From assembly GCA_963675495.1 (NCBI GenBank), contig OY776215.1:352001-416000 (forward strand): a DNA stretch of 64,000 bases. The letters are read 5' to 3'. The notes beneath the pieces were generated by a model, which worked only from the letters and a program-made list of their open reading frames with translations, did no database searches and had not been told where the DNA came from. The DNA comes from an uncultured Methanolobus sp. GTDB taxonomy: Archaea; Halobacteriota; Methanosarcinia; Methanosarcinales; Methanosarcinaceae. Below are positions 19,448-30,809 of the stretch, in pieces. How positions within the stretch are numbered: position 1 is the stretch's first letter; the number at the start of each line of letters is the position of its first letter. The position numbers and the translations under genes are program-made.

Positions 19448-21826
19448 GTGATTAAAAGGATGAAGGCTACGCTATTCAAACAATTATCACTGATGATCAT
19501 TGTAGCAGTAGCTTTTCAGTTTTCAGCAACAGCACTTGCAGAACAGCCAGTTATAATCACAGACAAAGCATCCTATAATCCCGGGGAAACCGTATATATA
19601 TCCATAAACGAGACAGGCAATGTCACAGCACACGTTATTGACCCATTAAATAGACTAACAGAGCTTACATTAGTCCCATCGGAAGATGCTTATCTTACAG
19701 AATACTTCCCACAGCAGGGAGTGGTTCTGGGTACATACATAATTCTTGTAAGCGGAGAACAGGTCAGTGAGACATGCGAATTCGATATACGGACACTATC
19801 TATAAACACAAGTTTCGAACAACAATATCCTTTAGGCGAGATATTCCTGTCTGGAAATATAACAGATGCTGCTACTCAAGCACCGGTAAATGCATCGGTA
19901 AATATTACGATAGATAACCTGACTGTTAGCACCTATGCTTTAAATGGTATTTTTTCGACGAATTGTTCAACGAACTTAACAGGTCAGAAAGTCGTGAGCA
20001 TTTCAGCTATTGATAACCAGAAAATAACAGGATCAAACACAGCAGAATTCGAGGTATATAATCCTACTACTGTTAACCTGGCCAGCAACACATCACAAAC
20101 TTCTGAAACGGCAACTACATCACCTGTGAGCAACAGTCTGGGCATAACTGCAGAACCACTGGAAACAAACAGTGCTCCCATGCTTTCATTCATCGGCTCA
20201 CAAACAGTCAATGAATCAGAATCTCTGACCATAACACTCAATGCAACTGACCATGATACCGATATACTGACCTACAGTACAAACGCAACTTTTGGAAACC
20301 TCACGGACAACGTTTTCACATGGACACCCGAAATTGGTGATTGCGGCGTTTACTACGTGGAATTCACGGCTTCAGACACTACACTCAACGACACCGAGAT
20401 AGTCACAATAACAGTAAATGCAAAACCTCCTGAGATCAATTCCATTGCAAACACCCCGGACCACTTGCTGCAGGGTGAGACCATAAACATCACAACCAAT
20501 GTGACAGATGTCCGGGCTGTGGACTCAGTGTGGGTTAAAATAAACGGAACGAACTATACTATGCAGAATATTGAAAAGCTAGAGGAATATAGCCTTACGA
20601 TCCAGCCAGGAAACGAAGGAAAGGACTCTTTCCTTTCTAAAAGAAACACTAACAATAACTATGGAACTTCTGAATATATTGGTGTCTCAAATACAAACTT
20701 TCAAGAGAGAGCAGTTCTTGAATTCAATCTTTCAGACATTCCTGCAAACGCAATCATCACCTCTGCACAACTGGAACTTTATTATTATGATGGAGGAGGT
20801 TCCTCAACAGGGCATATAGAAATCCATCGTCTGACCCAAAACTGGACCGAGACAGGAGTTACCTGGAACAACTACGATGGGTCTGCTTCCTGGACCAGCG
20901 CGGGAGGGGATTATGATACAAGGGTGGAAGATACAGTTTCAATAAGTGATGTTTACGGATGGTATGAATGGAACATAACCGATCTCCTTGAAAAATGGTA
21001 CAATGGCACATATACGAACTATGGTGCCATACTTACAAAAGAAGGAAATAAAAACTCTAAGAACTTCTATAGCAGTGATTATTCTAATTCAGATTACCAC
21101 CCAAAGCTTACTATCAACTATACAATTATCAATGCAACAAACGATTGGAACTACATCTTTAACACTTCATCACTATCCTCCAGCATCTATGATTACACGG
21201 TCTACGCAAGCAACACAGCTGGAAGTGAGGCAGTACCACAAACAGCAAACTTCACAGTAAAGGCCAATGAACCACCTATATTAACTCCGATAGGGTCACA
21301 AGCGGTCAATGAATCAGAAACATTGTCCATAAAACTCTCGGCAACTGACCCCGATGAGCAAACGATAACTTACGGCACGAACGCAACATTCGGAAACCTC
21401 ACTGGTAATGTATTTACATGGACAACAGACTACACTAGCAGCGGAGTATATTACGTAGAGTTCACTGCCTCTGATGGCAAGCTTAATGATTCCGAAACCA
21501 TCACAATCACGGTCAATGAAACATACATAGACATCAGCATCATCAAGAGTATCGAGAAGGGAACTGAAGCTGACAGTTACAATGTAAACCTGAAGTTGAC
21601 GAACAATGCAGAATACAATATAACTGGCATTAGACCATATGAGCTCATCCCCTCCAGCTTCCAAGTATCCAGTCCGGCACATAATTACAGCGGTCCCTAT
21701 GGTAATATGTATTACTGGGGCCTGAACCTTGCAGCAGGGGAGAGCAAGACTGTGACGTATGCAGTTAGCGCAAACGGAAAGTATTGTGCTAAAGACCTTT
21801 TCAGAACAGGAGTTGCCAACTCATGA
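19448..21826 (+). CDS. Secreted protein with Ig-like repeats, DNRLRE/disaggregatase-like domain and DUF11-like C-terminal domain
   Basis: TDKASYNPGETV, two N.AP/PP...NESE.L...ATD.D.. Ig repeats, NNNYG...FNLSDIP..I.SA.L.L..W.E...TWN...PKL.I.Y. Confidence 0.8.
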   Translation: MIKRMKATLFKQLSLMIIVAVAFQFSATALAEQPVIITDKASYNPGETVYISINETGNVTAHVIDPLNRLTELTLVPSEDAYLTEYFPQQGVVLGTYIILVSGEQVSETCEFDIRTLSINTSFEQQYPLGEIFLSGNITDAATQAPVNASVNITIDNLTVSTYALNGIFSTNCSTNLTGQKVVSISAIDNQKITGSNTAEFEVYNPTTVNLASNTSQTSETATTSPVSNSLGITAEPLETNSAPMLSFIGSQTVNESESLTITLNATDHDTDILTYSTNATFGNLTDNVFTWTPEIGDCGVYYVEFTASDTTLNDTEIVTITVNAKPPEINSIANTPDHLLQGETINITTNVTDVRAVDSVWVKINGTNYTMQNIEKLEEYSLTIQPGNEGKDSFLSKRNTNNNYGTSEYIGVSNTNFQERAVLEFNLSDIPANAIITSAQLELYYYDGGGSSTGHIEIHRLTQNWTETGVTWNNYDGSASWTSAGGDYDTRVEDTVSISDVYGWYEWNITDLLEKWYNGTYTNYGAILTKEGNKNSKNFYSSDYSNSDYHPKLTINYTIINATNDWNYIFNTSSLSSSIYDYTVYASNTAGSEAVPQTANFTVKANEPPILTPIGSQAVNESETLSIKLSATDPDEQTITYGTNATFGNLTGNVFTWTTDYTSSGVYYVEFTASDGKLNDSETITITVNETYIDISIIKSIEKGTEADSYNVNLKLTNNAEYNITGIRPYELIPSSFQVSSPAHNYSGPYGNMYYWGLNLAAGESKTVTYAVSANGKYCAKDLFRTGVANS

Positions 21827-23118
21827 GATATCAATCTGTGATTCTGATGGTACTGCTTTTATCGGGAATTTTCTTTACATTTAATGCCGATGCTGTACCC
21901 TTGGATCTCCAACTCCGAACTACAGAATATTTAAGCGGTGTGATCTTTTATCCAAATGGAAGTTCTGCTTATGATAATGTGACTGGTATACTGTACCTGA
22001 CAAATCCATCATTGAATCACACTGTTTCGGATATAAGCATAAACTTCAGTGACCAGGTATCTCCTGGATCAAAACATATAAACCACCTTGAACCGAATTC
22101 AAGCACGTCGATACCTTACAGTATAATTATTTCTGACGTCGCCATACCCTTGTCTGTAAGGGAGTCTTTTACACCAACAAAGATCACACAGGGAATAGAA
22201 CAGGAAGTAGTATTCACTGTAACAATGAATAATTCCGGAAATGAGAATATTTCCATAATTGCTTTTGAAAAGGAATTTTCCAATGAACTGGAATATAGAA
22301 CAATAGAATCTTCCAGAGGAAATTTGTCATTTTTAAACAATACCTGTCTTTGGAGTGCGTTTGAGCTGTCACCGTATTCTGAGGAAACGCTCACCATTAC
22401 ATTTGGCATAATGGCTAATTCCGATATCAGCATAAACCCTTCGACCTTATCTTTCATAAGTCCGGTGTATGCAGTTGCAAACAATCTATCGGTTTCCGCA
22501 ATTACTGACACGACATTCACAGTTGAAAAGGAAAAGATCTATGATGACAATTGGAGGGTAGGCGTTATAGTTGAAGATTCCAGTGATTTTGACTATTCAC
22601 TTTATCGGGTAGAAGTATACGTTTCTGATACAATGCTCAATGATACAACACTGATAAAGGAGTATGATCTTAATACCACTCTTAATCCAGGTGACTCATG
22701 GAATGACTGGTTTTTCTACGAATATGAAGGAACACCTGTATTCTTTGCCAGAATATTTTACACGATATCTTACAGCATCTCCGGTACTTCCATGCCTTTG
22801 ACAGCATCACAAAGCGGAGGATTTATTATCAGTTCGACTGTTCAACCGCTTAGCGAGATTGAAAGCTCAATTGGCGGTATGGTCGAACCCGCACAAGCAG
22901 ATACTCCAGCAGAGAATATTTCACAGAACATAACTGAACATCTTCAGTACAACATAACCCAGATAGAAAGTATTAGTCCATTGTTCCAGACAAAACCAAT
23001 TATTAATGAACAAAATGAGAAAACATCATTTATTGATATTGAAAAAGTTCAATATGTCGCATATGTAGTATTTGGCGCAGGTGCTATGCTGCTTGTTCTT
23101 GGTAAAACTAAGTTTTGA
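21823..23118 (+). CDS. Secreted membrane-anchored paralog of the 567-aa protein (candidate filament anchor)
   Basis: Aligns by eye to the N-terminal and middle domains of 16816-18519; C-terminal stalk plus TM; ATGA overlap with upstream gene. Confidence 0.7.
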   Translation: MRYQSVILMVLLLSGIFFTFNADAVPLDLQLRTTEYLSGVIFYPNGSSAYDNVTGILYLTNPSLNHTVSDISINFSDQVSPGSKHINHLEPNSSTSIPYSIIISDVAIPLSVRESFTPTKITQGIEQEVVFTVTMNNSGNENISIIAFEKEFSNELEYRTIESSRGNLSFLNNTCLWSAFELSPYSEETLTITFGIMANSDISINPSTLSFISPVYAVANNLSVSAITDTTFTVEKEKIYDDNWRVGVIVEDSSDFDYSLYRVEVYVSDTMLNDTTLIKEYDLNTTLNPGDSWNDWFFYEYEGTPVFFARIFYTISYSISGTSMPLTASQSGGFIISSTVQPLSEIESSIGGMVEPAQADTPAENISQNITEHLQYNITQIESISPLFQTKPIINEQNEKTSFIDIEKVQYVAYVVFGAGAMLLVLGKTKF

Positions 23119-23391
23119 ACCTAAAAATCATGAAGAGCAGAAATAATCATTTCCGGTCATTGTAATTCATTTAAGAGGAACTGATTAAATCACTGTAATG
23201 ATCGCATATCGTTTTCTGTTACGTGGTATTTTAGTTGCTTCCTTTATTTCTTATCGACTTTTTAAGGGCAATAATATCGTTTTCAAAGATTATTGCTATT
23301 CTAATAATACTTTAAAATCGACAGATATTGCTGTGAGTTATAACTGTGGACGGGAGCAAAATTAATTAAATATATGCATAAATGAAAAACA

Positions 23392-23522
23392 GGCTCTGTA
23401 GAAAACCGATTAAAATCACAATCAATAGCCCAAATTCTACAAAAAAATCACCATTCAGGGCAACATACTAAGCATTTATAGAGTTGCATAATCGCTTGAA
23501 TTTAGAGGATTTCTACAAAGCC
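23392..23522. mobile_element. 131-bp MITE with IS5-family ends
   Basis: Ends GGCTCTGTAGAAAACC / GAGGATTTCTACAAAGCC match the two ends of the IS at 50972-51973; 8-bp TSD GAAAAACA at 23384-23391 and 23523-23530. Confidence 0.9.
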
Positions 23523-23581
23523 GAAAAACAACCATATAAATAACAATCAACAAAATTAATAATAATTGAGGATAGGAGTGA

Positions 23582-24307
23582 TTGAGGTTGAACATCAGAT
23601 TACTTACAGTTGCAGCAGTTGTCTTTCTTATATTCATGACTTCAGGTTGTGTATCAGACAGCACTGAAGACAATAATATCAATACAACGCCAGATGCTGA
23701 TGAACATACAGAAAATACCGACGATGCTAATGTGACAACAGGCGCAATAACGTCTCTTAGCCATGGGTATTCAGAGAATGACAGCCAGAGCACAGTCTAT
23801 GCTATTGTTGGCGATACAATTGTTGTTGACCTTAAAGAGAATCCCACAACCGGATATTCATGGAATATGACATACAGTAGCGGACTTGAGCTTAAAGATG
23901 ATATGTTCCTTCAAGAAAGCATGCATGTAAACCTTGCAGGTGTAGGTGGTTCTCACAAATGGATCTTTGAAGTTACTGACACAGAAGAGCAGAACATATC
24001 CGCAGTATACATCCGTCCATGGGAAGAAAGGACAGGAATCGAGAACAGCTATAATCTGGCTATAATTGTACTTGCTGAAAATGAACTTATAACCAACAAC
24101 GGAAAGGTAACATACAACGATATTGAAGGCGGTTTCTATGGAATCACTGGAACTGATGACGTAAAGTATGATCCTGTAAACCTACCTGAAGACTTGAGTA
24201 CTGATGACACAGAGATTAGATTTACAGCCTATCCACGTGATGATATGGTGAGTTTCCACATGTGGGGACAGATCATAGAATTAAGGACCATCGATCAGGT
24301 CTTATAA
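23582..24307 (+). CDS. Lipoprotein with I42 (chagasin) protease-inhibitor domain
   Basis: SGC lipobox; ENPTTGYSW, GVGG, RPWE chagasin motifs. Confidence 0.88.
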   Translation: MRLNIRLLTVAAVVFLIFMTSGCVSDSTEDNNINTTPDADEHTENTDDANVTTGAITSLSHGYSENDSQSTVYAIVGDTIVVDLKENPTTGYSWNMTYSSGLELKDDMFLQESMHVNLAGVGGSHKWIFEVTDTEEQNISAVYIRPWEERTGIENSYNLAIIVLAENELITNNGKVTYNDIEGGFYGITGTDDVKYDPVNLPEDLSTDDTEIRFTAYPRDDMVSFHMWGQIIELRTIDQVL

Positions 24308-24599
24308 AACCAAATACAGTACTTCGCTAATTTCGGCTCCATAGAAATTCTACTAACTCTTCTCTGAATAAATATTTGAAAAAACATAAATATAGTTTGA
24401 ATAATGTTCATTCTATAATTATTATATGTATTGTTTACAATAAAATTGAACTATTGCGCATATCAAATAATGGGAAAGGAAGTGGTATTGCGGATTATTA
24501 ATCAGTGGGTAGACTATTATCTCGATTAGTAACCCCTAGTAAACGATTCCTCTCTCAAAAAATAAATGAATCGTTAATCAGAATCTGGAAGGGCATTAA

Positions 24600-24655
24600 A
24601 TGGGAAGAAGAATCTTATCCAGCATAATGACTATTGCAATTGTGGCTCTTCCTCC
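24600..24655 (+). pseudogene. 5' relic of a tasA-like gene
   Basis: Translates MGRRILSSIMTIAIVALP (compare MDRKILLSIMTIAVVAL); preceded by a degenerate copy of the tasA leader. Confidence 0.65.
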
Positions 24656-24852
24656 TCATATTGCCGGGGTTAATAGTACTAGCTGGAAAGAGATTGGTGA
24701 TATGATTTAGCTTAATGAAAAAGAGGGTCAAGATAATCGCGTTTCTTTAAAATGCATTAAGTATATCCCACATTATTATATTAAAAAAGATTATATATAA
24801 TAACTAAGAAACTTCAGGTCATTGATGATTAATATCATGTTTCTAGAAATAA

Positions 24853-26088
24853 ATGAGGGAAAGTATGAAAAGTGAACAAAATATCTGTGTAGGGACAAGT
24901 CATGATTCTGACTCAATTAAGGCTGGTCAATTAGCAGCATGTGAATCTATGAGTTTACTGGAGAGAAGTGAGTTAGTTGGCTGGGCACTGGCATTTTGTG
25001 GGGGACGGCATAATAGCGAGTTTTTTCTTGAGGGACTGCGCTCTCAACTTGGTGAAGTTGAGATTGTGGGCGGATCTACTATTGGCACAATATCAAACAG
25101 TTCTATAAGCTACACTGGATATGAAGGTTCTGTGGCTATATTTCCTGCTTCCATTCCTAAACCTATTATTATAGCAGTTGATGAACTGCATGCTGGGGAA
25201 ACTGAGGCAGGTCTTAAACTTGGATCTAAGCTTCGTGAAATTGCGAATGACGGAGATACGGTGCTTCTTTTTTACGATTCTATACGCAGAAGTCCGCCCC
25301 CTGAATTGTATACAGGCAGCCTGTTAATAAGTGGTATTTACAAGGGTCTTGCAGGAAAAGATCTTACGTTAATAGGGGCTGGAACTGTCGGGGATTATCA
25401 ATTCGCTCAAAGTTTTGTATTTGATGGGTCCCATAGTGTTAAACATACCGTGGTGGCGGTTTTATTGCCTTCGGTTTTGAGAAGTCATAACATTATTATG
25501 CACGGCTGTATTCCAATCAGTTCTTTCCTGGAGGTTACCAGGGTTGAAGGGCCTATAATTTACGAATTGGATGGTCGGCCGGCTCTAGAAGTAATCTCGC
25601 AAATGCTTCAAAAAGAAATAGACGATCTGGCCGATACACTGTCCCTGACTGTGACCCTTGGTGAAAAACATGGGGATCTTTATGCACCCTATGAAGAATC
25701 TGCTTATAAGAACCGGCTAATTATAAATTCTAACCTGAAAGATGGTTCAGTGACGCTTTTTGAAGCCGATTTTAAAGTGGGTACAAAAATCCAGATTATG
25801 TCGCGCAATAATCAACTGATGCTTGATTCGGTACGCAAGGGGACCGGTGAATTGATCAAATCCATTGGCCAACAAAAGCCCATTTTTGCCCTTTACACAG
25901 ACTGTGCCGGCAGAGCTTCTTGTTCAAATGGCGCAGAGGTTGAAGAAGCAAGTATTTTGCAGGCTGAGCTTGGAAAAGATATACCTCTTCTAGGGTTTTA
26001 CTCAGGAGTGGAAATTGCTCCTGTATTGGGTCAAAGCCGTCCACTCGACTGGACAGGCGTGCTCACGTTGTTTACCTTGGAGGGTTAA
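24853..26088 (+). CDS. FIST signal-transduction domain protein
   Basis: VGGSTIG, HGC.P, IYELDGRPA, CAGR, GFYSGVEI. Confidence 0.9.
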   Translation: MRESMKSEQNICVGTSHDSDSIKAGQLAACESMSLLERSELVGWALAFCGGRHNSEFFLEGLRSQLGEVEIVGGSTIGTISNSSISYTGYEGSVAIFPASIPKPIIIAVDELHAGETEAGLKLGSKLREIANDGDTVLLFYDSIRRSPPPELYTGSLLISGIYKGLAGKDLTLIGAGTVGDYQFAQSFVFDGSHSVKHTVVAVLLPSVLRSHNIIMHGCIPISSFLEVTRVEGPIIYELDGRPALEVISQMLQKEIDDLADTLSLTVTLGEKHGDLYAPYEESAYKNRLIINSNLKDGSVTLFEADFKVGTKIQIMSRNNQLMLDSVRKGTGELIKSIGQQKPIFALYTDCAGRASCSNGAEVEEASILQAELGKDIPLLGFYSGVEIAPVLGQSRPLDWTGVLTLFTLEG

Positions 26089-26091
26089 TCG

Positions 26092-27786
26092 TTGATAGAT
26101 GATCTCAAACGTGAACGAGATTTCTACCGTAACCAGTGTAATGATGTGGGTTCGAGGTTGATACGCCTACAAGAAGAGTATGCTCAATCTAAACTGGAGG
26201 GAAAACGCGCTTATACAACAGCCAAACTTATTAATGAGTTATATCAGCTTGACTACTCCAGCATCTCTATGGATGAGGTGGGTAAGCGTTTCCTTGAGAT
26301 TATTCTGGAAACGCTGAATGTTACCGGTGCAACCATAATGAAGTATTTGCCGGAAAAACGCTGTTTCATCGCCCAGCATGCCCTTGGTTTACCACAATCT
26401 GCGAAACCTATTCTCATTCCACCAATCCTGCCCGGGGAGTATCATTTTGTCAACTCAAATAGCGCCTCGGTTCCTTTATTAAACTGTCTGCTCCAGGCCA
26501 CTGGTATGCCTTATCTGCTATGGGCTTTCAATTCCCATGCCGGGTTTGCGCTGGCGGTCGGGAATGATACGGAGGATCAGCATCTTAAATGCCGATTTGG
26601 TGAAATGGATAAGGATATTGTCGTCGGAGCTTTGAACATCTTCATTGATATTGCCAAACGCAAGCAAGCTGGAATGAAAATACAGGAATCAGAATATAAA
26701 TTTAGAACCATATTCAACAACGTCAATGATGCGATTGTTATGCATGATATGGATGATAACATCCTGGAGGTAAATGAAGTAGCTTGTAAGATCCTCGGTT
26801 ACAGTCTAGGTGAGTTGTTGCAGATGTCACTGAGGGACCTGGATGCTTTAGAATCCATAGTATTGTCGCCTGCTTTTATTAAGGAACAACAGAGTTGTGG
26901 GCATGCTTTATTTGAGAGTGTATGTTGTTGCAGGGATGGTTCTACTATCCCAATCGAGGTCAGTAATTGTATCATTAGGTATGACGGAAAGCCAGTTGTG
27001 CTCTCTGTTATCCGAGACATCACTGAGCGCAAGAAATCTGAGAAGATGTTGGATGAAAAAATTAAATCTGAAGCTGCCAATTATGCTAAGAGCGAGTTTT
27101 TAGCAAATATGAGTCATGAATTGAGGACACCGCTAAATGCAGTCATAGGTTTTTCAGATTTGCTTTTAATTAAAGGTTTTGGTGAATTCAATGAAAAGCA
27201 GTTAAAATATCTCAACAATATCTCAATAAGTGGTAAACACCTTTTACAACTCATCAACGGAATATTAGATCTCTCGAAAATTGAAGCTGGAAAGATGGAA
27301 CTGCACATAGAAGAGTTACCCATATCTGATGCAATAGATGAGGTGAAGGTGGGACTAAAAACTTTGGGATCAAAGAAAAATATTGATATAAAATATTATC
27401 TGGATAAAGAACTAACAGCCATAAAAGTTGATAAAACCAAATTCAAGCAGATATTATACAATCTCATAAATAATGCAATAAAGTTCACGCATGAGGGTGG
27501 AGCTGTTGCCGTTAATGCTCGACCAGAGGGTGACAAAGTACGAATCAATGTTATCGATAATGGGGTTGGAATATCTAAAGAAGACCAGAAAAAGCTTTTC
27601 CAACCTTTTGCGCAGCTTAACAGATTCGAGTCCAAGGAACAACCTGGAACCGGATTGGGATTGGCTCTTGTCAAACGTTTTGTTGAAATGCATGGGGGCG
27701 AGGTTTGGGTTGAAAGTGTGTTGGGCAAAGGTAGCAAATTTAATTTTACGATCCCGATTGAAACGAGTACAAACAATTCTAATTAA
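26092..27786 (+). CDS. PAS sensor histidine kinase
   Basis: H-box FLANMSHELRTPL, N-box NLINNAIKF, DNGVGI, GTGLGL. Confidence 0.93.
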   Translation: MIDDLKRERDFYRNQCNDVGSRLIRLQEEYAQSKLEGKRAYTTAKLINELYQLDYSSISMDEVGKRFLEIILETLNVTGATIMKYLPEKRCFIAQHALGLPQSAKPILIPPILPGEYHFVNSNSASVPLLNCLLQATGMPYLLWAFNSHAGFALAVGNDTEDQHLKCRFGEMDKDIVVGALNIFIDIAKRKQAGMKIQESEYKFRTIFNNVNDAIVMHDMDDNILEVNEVACKILGYSLGELLQMSLRDLDALESIVLSPAFIKEQQSCGHALFESVCCCRDGSTIPIEVSNCIIRYDGKPVVLSVIRDITERKKSEKMLDEKIKSEAANYAKSEFLANMSHELRTPLNAVIGFSDLLLIKGFGEFNEKQLKYLNNISISGKHLLQLINGILDLSKIEAGKMELHIEELPISDAIDEVKVGLKTLGSKKNIDIKYYLDKELTAIKVDKTKFKQILYNLINNAIKFTHEGGAVAVNARPEGDKVRINVIDNGVGISKEDQKKLFQPFAQLNRFESKEQPGTGLGLALVKRFVEMHGGEVWVESVLGKGSKFNFTIPIETSTNNSN

Positions 27787-28030
27787 GACTCTGTAGAAAT
27801 CCCATAAACTTGACTGATTTTTAGATGTAGCTTGTTTAAAAAACAAATGTTACAAACTGTTTTGTACTACAAAACAAAAGAGCATTTCCTTTTAAGTTAA
27901 TTCATGCTTACAATATTGAGCAAGTATGGGGGTTGCTTTAAACCAGTTATATCCCAAGTGTGACAGTCAAAAGTAATAAATGTAGTAGTTCGCTACTTTC
28001 CCCCCATCATTTTCTTTAATAGCAATCAAT

Positions 28031-29040
<1,010 letters not shown>

Positions 29041-29054
29041 GAGCTCAAGTGGAT

Positions 29055-29715
29055 TTAATTAGCAAAGTGCTGGGGTAAGCTGAAAATAGGAAGGCTTTTC
29101 ACAAGCCCGAAATCAACCATTCCAAATTCGATACTCAGGATGTAACCTACCAATACACTCGCAATGACCAGCATGGTTTTGAAAGTACCTTTTACTTTCA
29201 AGGCAACAAGAATTATAGTGATTAACGTTACAAGAGCAATGGTGGAAGAAGACAGAATAGTAGAGCCCGAAGCATCGGCAAAATAATTAAAAGAATGCTG
29301 GACTGCCACATTGGCAAGAGAGAAAACCATAAGCATGATGGTTATACCCTTTACAAGAGTTGAGAAAAGGTTTTTCAGTTTACCGATGAGTCCTAAAGCC
29401 CCCTGTTAGCCCTTAGAGGATACCACCTACGATCAAAGCACCTTCCATCGCAGCAAGCCCAATACCAGAACCTATAGAAATGAGAGCGGGAATAAAGGCA
29501 AAACTCGACCCCTGTACTATCGGGAACTTAGAACCAATGAAGGTTTGCAAAAGAGTGGCAATACCCATTGCAAGAAGAACAGACTGCATCAGCAGTGCAA
29601 TATCCTAAAGTGGAAGACCTATGGCAGAACCAATCACTAGAGGAACAGTGATGGTTGCACCGAACATTGCCAGCACATGCTGAAATCCTAAAACAATTCG
29701 TTTCATATAAATCAC
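29055..29715 (-). pseudogene. NCS2 uracil/xanthine permease fragment, copy 1
   Basis: GFQHVLAMFGAT, QGSSFAFIP; stops and frameshifts; truncated at the ISH3 remnant. Confidence 0.85.
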
Positions 29716-30191
29716 CAGGATATTCGTGTCAGTAAATACTAGAATTTACTAGAATTCAATTCTAAAAAAACTATTTTGACCAACCTGGATATAGTTGCTG
29801 GATTTTTTGAAACGAACGTTACAAAATAAGCTGATGCACAAATAACAATTAATTTTCAATGATAATAATTCCAGACACTTCAGTTAAAATTAAGGCGAAC
29901 TTCTTGAAATTGTGTATACATGCACCCATAATATCCCATCGCGATGGGAGGATATTTAAATATCTATCACAATACTTCAGTAATATTTATATAAAAAAAA
30001 GTATATTTATTTTAAATAATAATTTGCATTATAAAAACAAACAATTGCAGATTAGATCATAATTGGAAGGGAGCTATAATTGCAGGTTATGAACTTAGGA
30101 ATGTTTTAATCTTTAATTGCACCCCCCCCTAAATTTACAATAAAAACTCATAATGTTGGTGATTGTACACAATTTGTTTGGAGGAAAACTA

Positions 30192-30809
30192 TTGGAAAGA
30201 GAACTCTTATTCAGTATAATGATCATTGCAGTCGTAGCTCTTTTGATCGGAGGTGGAACCTACGCATATTTCAGTGATACTGAAAGCAGCGAAGATAATA
30301 CCATCACAGCAGGTACACTGGACCTAAGTGTTGATGATGAAAATCCCTGGACAAGCACCAAGCTCACGGTAACTAATGCAATACCTGGTTCAAGTGGCTC
30401 CGTCACCATGACATTAAAAAATGAAGGGAGCGCAGACGGCCTCAGCCTGACCGTTAATATTACTAATGTCGCTGATGGACCAGGAACCACACCCGAATCA
30501 GAACCTACACCAGATAATGGTGAACTTAGTCAAAATACGGACATAGTATTGTGGGAGGACACTAATTATGATGGGGTAATAGATGAGGGTGAGGATGAAA
30601 TCTATAACAATACCCTCAGTGCTGCTACCACAGGTCCATGGGAGATCGGCGCTCTTGCCGCTGGTGCTACCAATTATGTCAGTTTATCCTATGAGATCGA
30701 TGAAACAGTTGGAAATGAGATACAGGGAGATAACTGCAGCTTTAACATCGTATACGTTCTTAGCCAAAACTTAATCAGATCAAAGATTGCAGTTCCGATC
30801 ATGCCATAA
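30192..30809 (+). CDS. TasA/camelysin-like protein with SipW-type signal peptide (duplicate of 32201-32785; C-terminus runs into the permease relic)
   Basis: TTG start after GGAGG; GGGTYAYFSDTE, GTLDL, PG.SG, N.G, NEIQGD. Confidence 0.85.
   Translation: MERELLFSIMIIAVVALLIGGGTYAYFSDTESSEDNTITAGTLDLSVDDENPWTSTKLTVTNAIPGSSGSVTMTLKNEGSADGLSLTVNITNVADGPGTTPESEPTPDNGELSQNTDIVLWEDTNYDGVIDEGEDEIYNNTLSAATTGPWEIGALAAGATNYVSLSYEIDETVGNEIQGDNCSFNIVYVLSQNLIRSKIAVPIMP

Noticed and set aside
23582-24307. Chagasin protein as the cognate inhibitor of the M4 protease
   Set aside because: I42 inhibitors act on papain-like cysteine proteases; it is a lipoprotein 20 kb away while the M4 enzyme lacks a signal peptide
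30153-30191. Upstream starts for tasA copies (30153, 42864)
   Set aside because: Paralog alignment and RBS position place the starts at TTG 30192 and 42930
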